Source of the DNA: Callorhinchus milii
Taxonomy: Eukaryota
NCBI RefSeq assembly: GCF_018977255.1
Contig: NW_024704745.1
Span: 29,760,001 to 29,824,000 of the forward strand
Reading direction: 5' to 3'
Length of the DNA: 64,000 nt
Shown: piece by piece, positions 11,775 to 24,199 of the stretch
How positions within the stretch are numbered: the first letter of the stretch is position 1
Layout of the letters: each line of letters starts with the position of its first letter
Notes under the pieces: generated by a model
Databases searched by the model: none
The model's input: the letters and a program-made list of their open reading frames with translations, nothing else
Told to the model about the DNA's origin: nothing
Program-made: the position numbers and the translations under genes

Positions 11775-12491
11775 TATAATAATATAATAATCCTTGGATT
11801 TGATCTAGCGCTTTTCAAGTCTTCTAGAGATCTCAAAGAGCTTCACAAAATATACTGTAAAGTGAATTGGCTGTATATTTGTGGGCAAAACACGACAGCC
11901 AATTGGGCACAGCAGTCTCCCACAAACAGTCATGGATTGAAGTGGCCAATTTATTGTTATTGTTTTTTTTCTTTCTTGAGAGATTATTATCAGGCATGTG
12001 GAGTAAGGAAACTTGCCCAAGTTATTGCCCTACCGGGAATCAAACCCAGGTCTTTTTCAATTACAAACCCAGGTATTACAATCATCACCCCAGACACTCT
12101 TTGTCTCTCTCTGGTGTGTTGCCTGTTCTGGACTATTAATACCTCTTCTCCCCAGTTTCAATCCACACCTCTTTTGCTTTATGCCACTATCACCTCTTCA
12201 ACCCATCAACTAACACATTCTCTCCTTTGTTTTCTTTTTTATCTTCTTTGTCTTCCTTTTCCTGCCTCCCCCCCTCAATTTAAAAACCTCTACCTCCCAA
12301 CATGCCCCAGTTCTGATGAAGGACCGTGGACCCAAAATGTTGACTCACTTTCCTTTTGCTGCCTGACCTGCTGAGTTTTCCCAGCTCTCTGTTTTATGTT
12401 TCAGATTTCCAGTATCTGCAGTATTTTGTGTTTTGTCCAGGTCTCTTGTTTGTGAGGTGAGTGGTCTAACAACTGAGCTACAGGACTTCAC
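11775..12491 (-). mobile_element. tRNA-derived SINE split by a Penelope-like insertion in its tRNA head
   Basis: Tail and body at 11775-12053; the head resumes at 12437 (CCAGGTCTCTTGTTTGTGAGG...ACTGAGCTACAGGAC); CCAGGTCT occurs on both sides of the insert. Confidence 0.85.
12060..12436 (+). mobile_element. Penelope-like 3' UTR and pseudo-LTR with hammerhead motif (12309-12346)
   Basis: Collinear with 6660-7052 (CCCAGACAC...CCCAACATGCCCCAGTTCTGATGAAGG...TTTCAGATTTCCAG.ATCTGCAGTAT). Confidence 0.8.
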
Positions 12492-13799
12492 CTAGGACAA
12501 AGCATATCAGATGCCATCCACACAAAAAATCATCTTTCATACGATGATATGAAGTGGTGAAGCCAATGTGTTTTCTTTGGATTAAAGACTTGGACTGTTC
12601 CATCATCTCATTGACCTTCGTTAACTCCAGCAATTTCGGGAAGAAGGAACACTGCAGAAATTCCAAAACTTCAGAAATTATTTTAAACTTAACGGAGGGG
12701 AGAAAAATAACAACATATACCAACTGTTTAAAAATATTAACAACGTATAACAACTGTCAAATAAAGTACACAGCTCAGCTGTCCATCATCAACTTTGACT
12801 TTGTGATCAAAATATCTAAGCAAGAGGTTTCAGGTCTGAATCAAGAGACTTTCCATTGATGCAAGGCTGTTGCCTGTTTCCATTGATGCAAGACTTTTGC
12901 CTGCTGATTGGGACTTCTATCAACTGACTCCATCAAAGAAGCAAGATTTTTGTATGATTTATGGACTAAGCAATTAGTGGTTAATTTACTTAACATTTGA
13001 TACAGACATTTGTCTTTGCTATTGACTTGTCTGTTGTATTGTGATATTTTGAACTAACAAACTTTGCATTTCATATTAAGTAAAGAAATTTGCAAACATA
13101 AGTTGTTGAGTGTCTTTGTTTCCTCTGCTCAAAGGTCCTTATTTAAAGGAAGGCTATAAAGAATAAGTTGGTCTTATTTTGTTCATTGCCCAGAACCCAA
13201 CATTTGACCAATGATATTAGTTGGATAAATTGGCCAATACCCAACGACATTACAAATAAAACTCCGCTATATCATATAATCCCAATGGATATCTTGCAAT
13301 AACTTGCCGTATGATGTAAAATTTGCAGTCAATAATGAAGATACTTGAAGGAAAAGACTTTCATGTGTGTTCATTTATTATTAAAATATTCTCGGTTACA
13401 CAATCTTGCAATTTATTATACTCCCCACGTGGATTTACTGTGAAGATATAACAAGTACCAAATATTCCCAGTGCATTTTACAGCAAGGAGCTCTCTGACA
13501 GTATATTATTCCTCAAGTCCAAATAATACTGCTCAAGGAAGCTGTATTGTGGCTTTTCTGAATTTACAGCTGTTGGAAATCCTACAGAGTATAAGTTAAT
13601 TTACTTCAGTATTAGAAGATTAAAAACTCTCATCTTCCAGTGGGCCTTTGAAACCTGCTTTGAAGAAATTGATTCCAAATAAAACTGATATATCATGGTA
13701 ATGCTTTATCTGGCTTTGCAGAACCCATCATGTCATAGCAATAGATTATGCAGGTGGGTTGATTCTGCTTACAACATTATAATTGTAATAATAATAATC

Positions 13800-14167
13800 A
13801 CCATCTTTGCATTTGGTATTCTTCTCACAGTATAGTGACTGTAGACTGATGGGAAAATGTGGCAGCTGATTTGCTCATAGCTCACAGCCAAGAGGTAATG
13901 CTTATTTTTGGATGGTTGTTAGCCCAGGCACTGAGAGAAACTTCCTTCTATTTTTAAATAGTCCACTGACCAGTCAAATAGGTCCTAGGGTTAATATGTT
14001 GTCCAAAGGATGGCAACTCCAACAGCACAATGCCCCCTAACACTACAGTAGAGTGTCAACCTGGACTGCTTATTTAGACTATTAAGTAAAAGCCCTGACT
14101 CAGGGCTTGAATCCACAACCTTCTGACCTAGAGGCAAGAATGCTACCAACTGAGCCAAACTAACACA
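13800..14167 (-). mobile_element. Ancient DeuSINE-like SINE relic
   Basis: GGGAAAATGTGGCAGCTGATTTGC, CCAAAGGATGGCAACTCCAACAGCAC and head GGCTTGAATCCACAACCTTCTGAC..TGCTACCAACTGAGCCA; related pieces at 3345-3417, 25365-25660, 26300-26450 and 60880-61010. Confidence 0.65.
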
Positions 14168-14601
14168 GTAATTCTGATTTAAGGAGTTGCTGAGCAGGGC
14201 TGTTTATAATAGATCTGCAGGGTCACGAAAATAGACATGAATGGAACAGGGTAACCAGGTCAAGACAAGTAAAGAACACCCAGAGGTATTTCAGTAGCAA
14301 AAATCAGTAAAACATGCAAACATATTTGTTATCTTTGGTCATCTAGGGAATCATTATGCTTTTAAAGGGGAGATAGTTCACCTGAATCTAGATTTAGCGA
14401 GCTGAATTTGACAAACTCTTAAATATATCCTTAATTTTGAATCTATTTTACTTTAAATTCTTTTAAGAACTGTAGAAAACTAACTTGGAAGATAAGACAA
14501 TTTAGAATAAATCTAGAGCCAGGTTTAATTTCTCTCCAAATATGAGTTTGCAAAAATGAATAACTATTTTGCATTTAATCACAATCTAAAGTTTGGTATG
14601 A

Positions 14602-15192
14602 TAACAACAGCAACAACTTGGATTTATATAGCGCCCTTCACGCCGAACAGAGTCTCAGAGCGCTTCACAGTAAAGGATCCCGGGATCGAGCCGGAGGAGG
14701 GGGGGGGAAGGTGACCAAAGGCACCATTGAAAAGAAAGGTCTTCAGTAGAGACCTAAAAATGGGAAGGGAGGGAACGAGACGAAGGGAGTGCGGAAAGCA
14801 GTTCCAGAGCCTCAGGGCATAGTGGCTGAAGGCATGGCCACCGAGGGTGGAGTGGAGGACTTGGGGGACAAGGAGGAGGCCAGACCCGGAGGAACGAAGG
14901 CAATGGGTACTGTTTTGAGGAGAGAGGAGGTCAGACAGGTAGGGGGGTGTAGAGGAGTGCAGGGACTTGAATACAAGGGTGAGGATCTTGAAGCCGATCC
15001 TCTCTGGGATAGGCAGCCAGTGCAGTCTGGCAAGGACTGGGGTAATCGGGGAGTGGAGTTTCTTGCGGGTAAGAATGCGGGTGACAGAGGTTTGAATGAT
15101 TTGGATTTTATGGATGGTAGTGGATGAGAGACTGGCAAGGAGGGTGTCAGAGCAGTCCAGCTGAGAGGTAACAAGGCATGGACAAGGCATCA
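14602..15192 (-). mobile_element. L2 LINE 3' fragment (same subfamily as 7133-9650)
   Basis: ORF 14624-15193 has ITPVLARLHWLPIPERIGFKILTLVFKSLH...FRSLLKTFLF; (CAA)n tail. Confidence 0.95.
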
Positions 15193-15925
15193 TGTATAAT
15201 TAAAGTTAATCTGCGTGAAGTTACTCAGAAGCTTCGTCTATTTGTGACAAGTTAAGGAAGCGTACAACTGCTATTTTTACTGTCTGCTGCTACCATTAAT
15301 ATCTTGAGCAGTTTTTAATATCAGAATTGAAATATCAGAAAGAAAAGCTAAACAACAATGTTGAATCTGCTATCTTTCAAACTCGACAATAAGCATTTAG
15401 CATTTTAGGGGAATGCTTATTGATTATTATGTAGAAAATGTCTGACAGGATTTTTAAACTGAAGTTATGTTTAGCTATTGAGGTTGAGACTAAAACAGTA
15501 ATTAGAACAACAGCAACTTGCGTTCATATAGAGCCCTTCATGTGAGATAGTGTCTCGGATTGCCTGGATTAGGAGAGAAATTGAAGAAGACAAATATAAA
15601 ACGGTTTGGGGAAAAAACAGGCAATTGGAAATAAAATAATTGGCTAAATAAAGTGGATTTTCAAGCACAAGGTCCAGCTGATCTCTTGTTCCACATGTGC
15701 TACTTGCCCTTCAGTAATTTAATCCAATTATCTGTTTTTCATTTGTGAACTCGGTGGTGTGAGTGTAACAGTTTAAAAAAGAATATTAGATTTGAAAATG
15801 CTACCTAAGGTGTATATTGTGAATTTATTTTCATGCTCAAAAGATTGGCTTTGCTACATTGTTGAAATGGCTTGCTTTGTAGAAACATAGGAAGAACAAG
15901 AACTTGCATTTATATAGCATATTGA

Positions 15926-15981
15926 ATGGGACGTCCTCCCGACGTGAAAGGCGCTATACAAATGTAATCTTGTTGTTGTTG
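15926..15981 (+). mobile_element. Extremely 5'-truncated L2 (tail only)
   Basis: TGGGACGTCCTCCCGACGTGAAAGGCGCTATACAAATGTAATCTTGTTGTTGTTG; a similar stub lies at 61890-61949. Confidence 0.8.
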
Positions 15982-17774
15982 AATGCAGGTTAATGCCTCC
16001 GAGCACATTCCAAAGGAACATCGGAAAACAGGAACTGGAGGAGGCTATTCAGGCAATTGAGTCTTTTCACCAGATCTTGGTCAATTTTTAATTCCAATGT
16101 CTTACCTTTTCTCCATACCCCTACACTACCCACATATCTGTTTGTCTCTCACTTCAATATTCTTCTCTACAGCTTTCTCTCCTCTCCCCCTCCCCCACCC
16201 CCCACACACCCATCAGTCTTAAAAATATGATTTAATGTTCTTAGACACAGTGTGAAGTAAGCTTTTGAATGTTTTTCACCAGTCTCCAAAAGGAAAGTGC
16301 ATGTCTGATAGATTTAATTTGACACATCTTTATTACACCAGTAATTGATTTTATGGCTCTAAATCAAAGAGCATTACTTCTTTTCCAGTAACATCAAAGT
16401 ATTTTCATACATAATGGAGTAAGACACATGGCATACATGGAAAATGTGAGAAAAAGCTATTTTGTCCCTAGCATTTCAATATTGATGCAATTTCTTAATT
16501 TACTTTACAAGATGCAAATGTTCAATTGGTTATTTTGAGTAAACAGGTTTTGACATTGTTATGATGAATAATATACATGGATTTGTGCTCCACTTCATTT
16601 TTAAATTAACTCAAGGTAGTTGAAATTGGAAACGCAAGATTGAATATGTTCATCAGAAGAGATCAAGTACTTAAATAAGCACTATTTATAGTATACCTGA
16701 CAAAGATGGGAAGTCAATCTCTATGATAGTCCTCACAGTGCAATATTTTCTGTATCAGTTTAAAGATTTAGTAAAATAGCTTGCTAAAATATTTTTAACT
16801 GTTAAATTTATTGCCCTAATCATCCTAAATAGTAACAATACTTTATCAGATGCTTTAATGAACCAAAATCTGCATACGTACTATGAGTTAAGTTGTTTTT
16901 CTGCAACTATCCATAAAAATTGTGAAGAAACATCTTTTATATATAACTTCAGTAAGACTACACAGCTTAGGTCTCTGAAATTGTGTTGTGCAGAGTATAG
17001 GTTTCTTCAGAGGTGCAGTTATAAAGTAGTTATATAGATGAGTTTCCACCACAACGCAGTTTTGCTCAGGGTTTTGAAAAAATCGATTCTATAGTAATGA
17101 TGATATTTGTTTCAGATTTTGTATTAAATCTTAAATAACTTTGAAAAGGTAGTGTTGCAATGCCTGAGCAATGCACTAGGTACACACGATAAGAAATTCT
17201 GGAAAAATAATCAAACTTTTACACAATTCAGGTTGTCTTCTGGACTATCTTTTAAGTTTCTGATCTGAAGAAACAAACAATGAGGTAATAAAACTGTCAC
17301 CATCTAGTGATCAGAACAATAAAGTGCAGACATTTTGGACAGATATGAGTGAGGCAGTATACATTGGTATTGCCAGGTCATAGCATTTTAGAATCAGACT
17401 TGTGAAAACCATTAGATGCAGTATACGGCACTATACTCTCATGCAAATAAGTTCTCAATTATAGCCGTGATTAACCACTAATTAATTCCATTTGAACAAA
17501 TTATCTTGTCATTTATCTTACTAGGTATCTCATTCTTTATGTTGCAAATCATTTTATCCTGAGTGAAGCCATTAAACCAGGAATCAAATTATTATTTTCC
17601 ATATTAAAGTTAATAATATATATTTGTTATGTAACAAGACTATTCTAGTAGTATTGTAAATACTAAATTGTCATTGTCAAATGAAAATCTTAAAAGACTA
17701 TAAAAGGTAACCAAGTTGGATTAGCGAAGAGGTGAAGATTGATGTCCTAACTCTTTGAAGATGCCTATCACAAG

Positions 17775-18660
17775 ATCAGAAGATTGGTTTGGATGAAGAA
17801 AGTCCTTTGGCCCATCCTATCTGATAATTTGAGAACACCCAACCTACTGTCCACCCATCACAGAATCAAGCTGTTTTTTTTCAATGAGTTCAGTGGCCTG
17901 ACCTCTACTAACTTTTCCATCAACCTGTTTCAGTCATTGATTAACCTTTGCGTAAAGAAACGCAATTAAGGGATTAAGGGATATGGGGATAGGGCGGGTA
18001 AATGGAATTAGGTTAGAAGATCAGCCATGATCTTATTAAATGGCGGGGCAGGCTCGAGGGGCCAAATGGCCTACTCCTGCTCCTACGTCTTATGTTCTTA
18101 TGGTCTTAAACATTTCCTGGTATCTGTACTGAAAATTGCCCTTTACAACTCTAAACCTATGTCCTCTTGTTCTACTATCTTGTTGCACCCTGATGTTGAT
18201 TTAGATTTGCTTTTTTCAATCCCTTTTAAAATAGTATATACCACTATGAGGACCTCTCTGAATTGGCTTCTCTCAGAATGAAGAGCCCTATCTTGTCTAA
18301 TTATTACTCATTGCTCGCTCTGCTAATGCTGCGGACGATCCATCCTCATTGCTCTCCTCTATACTGCATGAGAAATGACAAGAACATTAGTTCAAATCAA
18401 ATTAATGGTTGTGGTTAATCACAGATCTTGTGATCTTGTGAAAGGCATTTTCAAATGTTCATCCCTCAGATAATCCAACTCCATTGCCTGTTATAGTCTT
18501 TTCATTGAAGTAGCCTAGGCAGCCCCATTATGTCAGGGTGACCAGAACTGTATGCAGTACTCAAGGTGTGGTTTGACCAGAGGAATTTACAGCCTGAATA
18601 TGACATTTCAACTGATTTAGTGTTATAGCCCATCATCCTGTTTGACTTATTGCTGCTCAC
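17775..18660 (-). mobile_element. Old CR1 fragment (minus) with a younger CR1 3' end nested at 17968-18102 (plus)
   Basis: Minus: CCTTTGGCCCATC, CCAGAACTGTATGCAGTACTCAAGGTGTGG. Plus insert: GATTAAGGGATATGGGG...GGCTCGAGGGGCCAAATGGCCTACTCCTGCTCC..TTATGTTCTTATG. Confidence 0.75.
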
Positions 18661-18662
18661 AT

Positions 18663-18989
18663 TAATAATAATAATAATAATAATCCTTGCATTTGATATA
18701 GCGCTTTTCACGTCGGGAGGACGTCCCAAAGCGCTTCACAGAACACACTGTAAAGCGAATTGACCGTATATTTGTGGGCGAACGCGGCAGCCAATTGCGC
18801 ACAGCAAATTCCCACAAACAGTCGTAGATTGAAAATGACCAATTTATTATTGTTTTGGGTTTTGGAGGGATTATTATTAGGCGTGTGGAGTAAGGAAACT
18901 TGCCCAAGGTTTCGCCCTCTGCCTGGAATTGAACTCAGGTCTCTCGCTTGCAAAGCGAGTGCTCTAACCACTGAGCTACAGGACTCCAC
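18663..18989 (-). mobile_element. Full-length tRNA-derived SINE (short variant)
   Basis: Head GGAGTCCTGTAGCTCAGTGGTTAGAGC (A box) and GAGTTCAATTCC (B box); body TGCTGTGCGCAATTGGCTGCCGCG; L2-like tail; (TTA)n. Confidence 0.95.
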
Positions 18990-19194
18990 ATTGTTTTGCC
19001 ATAGTGACCAACAAGTCAACTAACACCCCTAGATATCTTTCAGCTTCCTCCTTGGCAAGTTCTGTAGGAGCTCTTCTCTAATGTGATCTATGTGGTGGTC
19101 TCAGTAGTCCAGTTCCTGGGCTAGGTGGGTCCTCAGTACTCCAGAGTACTGTTGATGCCAATACAGCCAACGTGGTCCATTGGCAGTATTTGGA

Positions 19195-19445
19195 ATGGCA
19201 GACCAGTCACTTGCTGGCAGGGAATCATCCCACAGCAGCTCCTGTTAACTCTGCAAGCCAAAGCCCTAACAGCTAAGCAGCGGGAAATAGGAGCTAGATC
19301 AGCTGCGGAAAAGCTTGCCAGATAGTGAGGTAAGCTATACGGATTAGCTGGTTAGACTTCAGGAGTACCCCATCACACACTCTGGGGTCCCCAGGCATTT
19401 GCTCCTGCCAATCTGCAGCCAAATGATTTCTGGAATTGATAAGCT
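19195..19445 (+). repeat. Unclassified repeat family X, copy 3
   Basis: CTCCTGTTAACTCTGCAAGCCAAAGCCCTAA...GTTAGACTTCAGGAGTACCCCATCACACACTCTGGGGTCCCCA matches the reverse complement of 25900-26095. Confidence 0.75.
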
Positions 19446-19487
19446 TTCCTACTTTAGAAAAAAGAATGATATGAAATGAAAATCATT

Positions 19488-20228
19488 TAGGAACCTGGGT
19501 GTCTTGTTTGACCCTGAACTGTCCTTTTTCCCCCGCATCCTCGCCATGACTGGCACTACCACCACCTCCACAACATTGCCAGATTCTGCCACTGCCTCAC
19601 CCCTCAGGCTGCCGAAACCCTCACCCACACATTCGTCACATCAAGGCTCGATTACGGGAACTCCCTCATTATCGGCCTTCCCAACTCTTCCCTTCACAAA
19701 CTGCAGATCATCCAAAATTCTGCAGTTCGTGTACTCTTGCGCACCAGGCTCCGTGTCCCCATCACTCCCACCCTCGCCCGACTCCACTGGCTCCCCATCC
19801 CTCAGAGGATTGAATTTCAGATCCTCGTCCTCATTTTCAAGGCCATCCATGGCCTTGTCCCCTCCTACCTCTCTGACCTGCTGACTTCCTACCAACCTGC
19901 CCACCCTCTCCATTCAGCGGGCTCCGGCCTACTCCATGTCTCCGGCCCGACCCACCCGACCATTGGTGGCTGAGCTTTTAGCCTCTCTGCCCCCACACTT
20001 CATCCCACAGTCCCTTTGCCTCGTTTCCTCCCTTGCTTCCTTGAAGGCCGGTCTCAAGACCCTCCTCTTCGATTGTGCCTTCGGTCGCCTTCCCATCTCT
20101 CTGCCTTCCCTCACCCCTACCCCACCCCTCCCCTAAGCTCGGGTCCTGACCCCTGACTGTCCAGCGCCTTGGGACGTCCTCCTGACATGAAAGGCGCTCT
20201 ATAAATGTAATTTTGTTGTTGTTGTTGT
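19488..20228 (+). mobile_element. L2 LINE 3' ~740 bp
   Basis: RNLGVLFDPELSF, PITPTLARLHWLPIPQRIEFQIL, LKAGLKTLLFDCAF and (TTG)n tail. Confidence 0.95.
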
Positions 20229-20306
20229 AACTGTTTAAGTGAAATGCACTGCATCACTGTGATATATCATTGGTCTCCAAAGTCTGCCTTGGTGTTTATT
20301 TATGTT

Positions 20307-20934
20307 ACATTGTTCACCAAAGCTTCAAGTTAACCAATGTAACATTGGGAATTCTTAGAAGGCAGCAAATCTAATTTTTTGCAGAAGTCTATGCTAGAAT
20401 TTTTTTTGTTTTATCTCTGTTTGAAACCAGTGCACGGATCCAGACTTACTGTATCTGCATAAGGATAACAGTTTCCACCCTTACAGAAGATGTTATTGAT
20501 CTTTGCCTCTTAAAACTCAGATTTTATTTGATCCTGTAAATGATAAATGAAATACCTCAAAATTTAGTTCACCAAGTTCCTACAATCTAATTCCCTTCTG
20601 AAATTCATTGCTCCTTAAAGATTTAGAATGTTACCATATTCCTGCAGTAGCGGCCCTATTACTCCAGAGTGCAATTGCAAGAAGTTTCTATCAATAGGCT
20701 TTCCAACGAGGAGTCCAAATTGCAGTATATACTCGTCTGATGGCAGTCCCTCAAGCACTGCTGTTGTTTGCAGATCATTTTTTAAACGCACAGGATATTG
20801 GACATTGTTCACCAAAGCTTCAAGTTCACCAAAGTAACATTGGGAATTCTTAGAAGGTAGCAAATTTTATTGTGTGCAGAAGTCTATGCTGGAAATTATT
20901 TTTTGTTCTATCACTGTGAGCCTTGAAACACCAG
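20307..20934. repeat. Direct repeat pair of about 125 bp (20307-20430 and 20802-20934)
   Basis: Both copies read ACATTGTTCACCAAAGCTTCAAGTT.ACCAA.GTAACATTGGGAATTCTTAGAAGG.AGCAAAT...GCAGAAGTCTATGCT.GAA. Confidence 0.92.
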
Positions 20935-21187
20935 AAAGAAAATGTCAAGTCAGCTCATAGGAATGTGCAGATCTGGCTATTTTGGTTCAGCCTATTTCAA
21001 AATAACTTTAAAAGTACCTACCTATTCATCTCCAATGTATATTGGCATTTTGCCTATGATTCCAGCTGTTTTTTCTTGTTTCATCTACAATGTACACAAT
21101 GATCGTACTTGGTACTGTGAGTAGTTTTTACATTACCTCCATCAGACAGCACTGAATTGTTTTTATTCATAGAATAAATAAATTCAT

Positions 21188-21632
21188 TCATAGAATATTC
21201 ATAGAATATTCCAGCACAGAACAAGGCCATTCGGTCCATCGTGCCTTTGCTGGCTCTTTGGAAGAGCTACCCAATCAGTCCCATTCCCCCACTCTTTCAA
21301 ATTTTCTAATTCCCTTTTGAAAGTTGTTATTGAATTTGTTTCCACCACCCTTTCAGCCATTTCGGACTGTAACAACTCTGTGTAAAACAGTTTCTCCTCA
21401 TCTCCTCTGGTTCTTTTGCCAATTATCTTAAATTTATGTGCACCAATTACTGCTAACCCATCGGACAGTGGAAACAGTTTCTTGCTATCTACTCTATCAA
21501 AACAACCCATCATTTTGAACACTACTATTAAATCTCCCCTTTAACCACCTCTGCTCTAAGGAGAACAACTACAGCTTATCTAGTCTTTCCACACAACTCA
21601 AGTCCCTTATCCCTGGTACCATTCTGGTAAAT
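21188..21632 (-). mobile_element. CR1 LINE 3' fragment
   Basis: ORF 21199-21522 (FKMMGCFDRVDSKKLFPL..HKFKIIGKR), (CATAGAAT)n tail and AGGCCATTCGGTCCATCGTG. Confidence 0.9.
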
Positions 21633-21634
21633 AT

Positions 21635-22135
21635 TAATAATAATAATCCTTCCATTTGATATAGTGCTTTTCACGTCTTCTCGACGTCTCAAAGCACTTC
21701 ACAGAATAGACTGAAAAGTGAATTGACCGTATATTTGTGGGCGAAACGCGGTAGCCAATTGCGCACAGCAGTGTCCCACAAACAGTCGTGGATTGAAAAT
21801 TACCAATTTATTATTAATAATAATAATAATAATCCTTGCATTTGATATAGCGCTTTTCACGTCGGGAGGACGTCCCAAAGCACTTCACAGAATAGACTGT
21901 AAAGTGAATTGACTGTATATTTGTGGGCGAATGCGGCAGCCAATTGCGCACAGCAATGTCCCACAAACAGTCGTGGATTGAAAATGACCAATGCATTATT
22001 GTTTTGGTTTTGGTGGGATTATTATTAGGCGTGTGGAGGAAGGAAACTTGTCCAAGGTTTCGCCCTGCCTGGAATTGAACTCAGGTCTCTCGCTTGCACA
22101 GCGAGTGCTCTAACTACTGAGCTACAGGACTCCAC
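21635..22135 (-). mobile_element. Tandem SINE pair: a full copy (21815-22135) plus a headless copy (21635-21815)
   Basis: Two consecutive bodies and tails; the two tail loops differ (CACGTCGGGAGGACGTCCC vs CACGTCTTCTCGACGTCTC). Confidence 0.93.
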
Positions 22136-24199
22136 TAGTATTGCTAATTGCTAATCCACTTGTATTGCTAATTACAAGAATGACATCTGCCTCTTGTGCC
22201 CTCTCATCAACTGAAATAAATCCTTCTAAATATTTGAGATACATCCAGGCTTGCCACATGGAGAATGAGGTCTTCCTGCCACTTGGTGGTTGACTGAGAG
22301 CCCTTCTGCTCTTATTGACACTGTTCAGTGATTATAGTTGTTGTCTCTTCCTTATTAGTGACTTTGCCCTTTCTGGCTCCATGTGGCTAGCGTCACAAAT
22401 ACTAATTTGAAGAAGAAGCTGATGACTCATCTATGGAGACTAAAAAGGTCAATAAACTATCACATAGGAACACACATTGACTGGAATGAGAGACAGGCAG
22501 CTGCAGTTGCTATTTTGGAAGAGACTTACGTAAACATTAGGGATTTGAAAATACTATTATTGATGAACTACTTCAGTTACAATTTTGGACAGTGTTTTTC
22601 CAACGACCTTTACGTGCTGGGAGATTGCATAAAAGAGGAATGTGTAATTTAAACTAAACAGATATCTTGGACTCCAGTGTTGATGTTTCAGCCCCTGAAA
22701 TGATTCTGAATGAAGGTCAAATGAATCTTGTCCGAGTTAAGTTAAAGACTCCTTTGGTGAAACTTCTTCGGAGATATGTCTTTGACTTTTGGCACTGAAA
22801 TACTGCTTTAGGTTATTAATTATTTTTATATTATCAAGTTGAATTTAATAAAATTTGGTAACTTTGTTCAGTTGTCATAGTTTATGCTTACAACATTTCT
22901 TTTGTGTCCCTTTAGAGATTTCAAAATTGTGCCATGATATTTGCTAGGCCATTTAACAATAATTTTGAAATCTGTCTCAGAGAAACAAGACTTTGGTATT
23001 AATTCTCACTTGATTTTTATAACCACCAACAAAATTCGATGTCACAGTAATTGGACAATTAGGATATATATAGCGTTGGTAGCATTATATATTTTATATA
23101 TTAGCATAATTAACAATATATATTGTAGATGTTGAGCTGGTGGATGTAAACACCACCTTATAAACTTGTAATAAAGTTCTGATTTGTTGTCGCAACATAC
23201 CTCTAGAGTATGTTCAGCTGCTATTTGTCAAAAACTGCAATATTGCCATTTAATCAGTGACCATGAGTAGACTCGAAGAAAGGTGTTTTTAAATATCCAA
23301 ATTTTGGAACATTACCTGCTAAATAGTCCATTGTATCTCTCAGAGCAACTGAAGACGCTGAAAAGGAAAGCCATAGAACTTAAATCTGCCTTTAAAGGGT
23401 ATTTCAATGTCTTATTATGCAAATTAAAAGCCCGGTAAGAGTATTATTCTACTATCTTAATGTGAATTATTGTTTAATTTCCACATCAGCTAGCTTTATG
23501 GCTTTCTGACTGAAATAACCAATTCATTATCAATTTGTTTCCTACCATGGGCAGCGTTGAACTACGGAACCATGGTCATTAGGGATGTGTGCGTCCAGCA
23601 CATTTCATTAATACACATATTAATAATATATATTTATATACATTGAAATAAAATGCACGCTCAACCCACTTCACAATATATTCCGTGAAGTGCTTTGATA
23701 CGTCTCAACAATGTAATAGACTCTAAATCAAAGGCAAGGATTTTTATTATTATTGATGAATCATAGTCCAAAACTCAGAGAAAACTTATCAGTTTGGACT
23801 GTTTCAGTGCACAGCTTAGAAGTAAAACAAAGACTTTTCATTGTCCACACCACCAGTTTTGACATGACTGGATATGTTTTATGTAAAAGAAAATAGAGTG
23901 GATCCTTTAGAAATATAGAAGATAACTATGTAGTGGTATATTAAATACTAAAGATAGATTATTTGATTCTGTTAAGTCCTTGCTGCATGGAAAGATAATT
24001 TTATCTGAAAAAGATGTAGTTCAAAGAGACATGGTATGGTTATGTGAATTATGGCTTACCTTCAGATTATAGAATAAAATTCCTGAAAGCCATTAGAAAA
24101 TCTTTGCACAAGATTGCATCTGCAAAGAAGTAAGATGAATGATTGTAAAATGACAGGGATCTTAGGTTCATTGATATGGAATGCAGAAAACATTCTTAG

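Noticed and set aside
18915-18989. tRNA-like sequence (Ala-TGC-like loop), also at 41183 and other sites
   Set aside because: These are SINE heads: there is no proper acceptor stem, the anticodon loop varies between copies, and they are attached to the SINE body.
22380-22800. Possible solo LTR or 89-aa ORF
   Set aside because: No clear TG...CA ends, TSD or second copy; the peptide is unrecognised.
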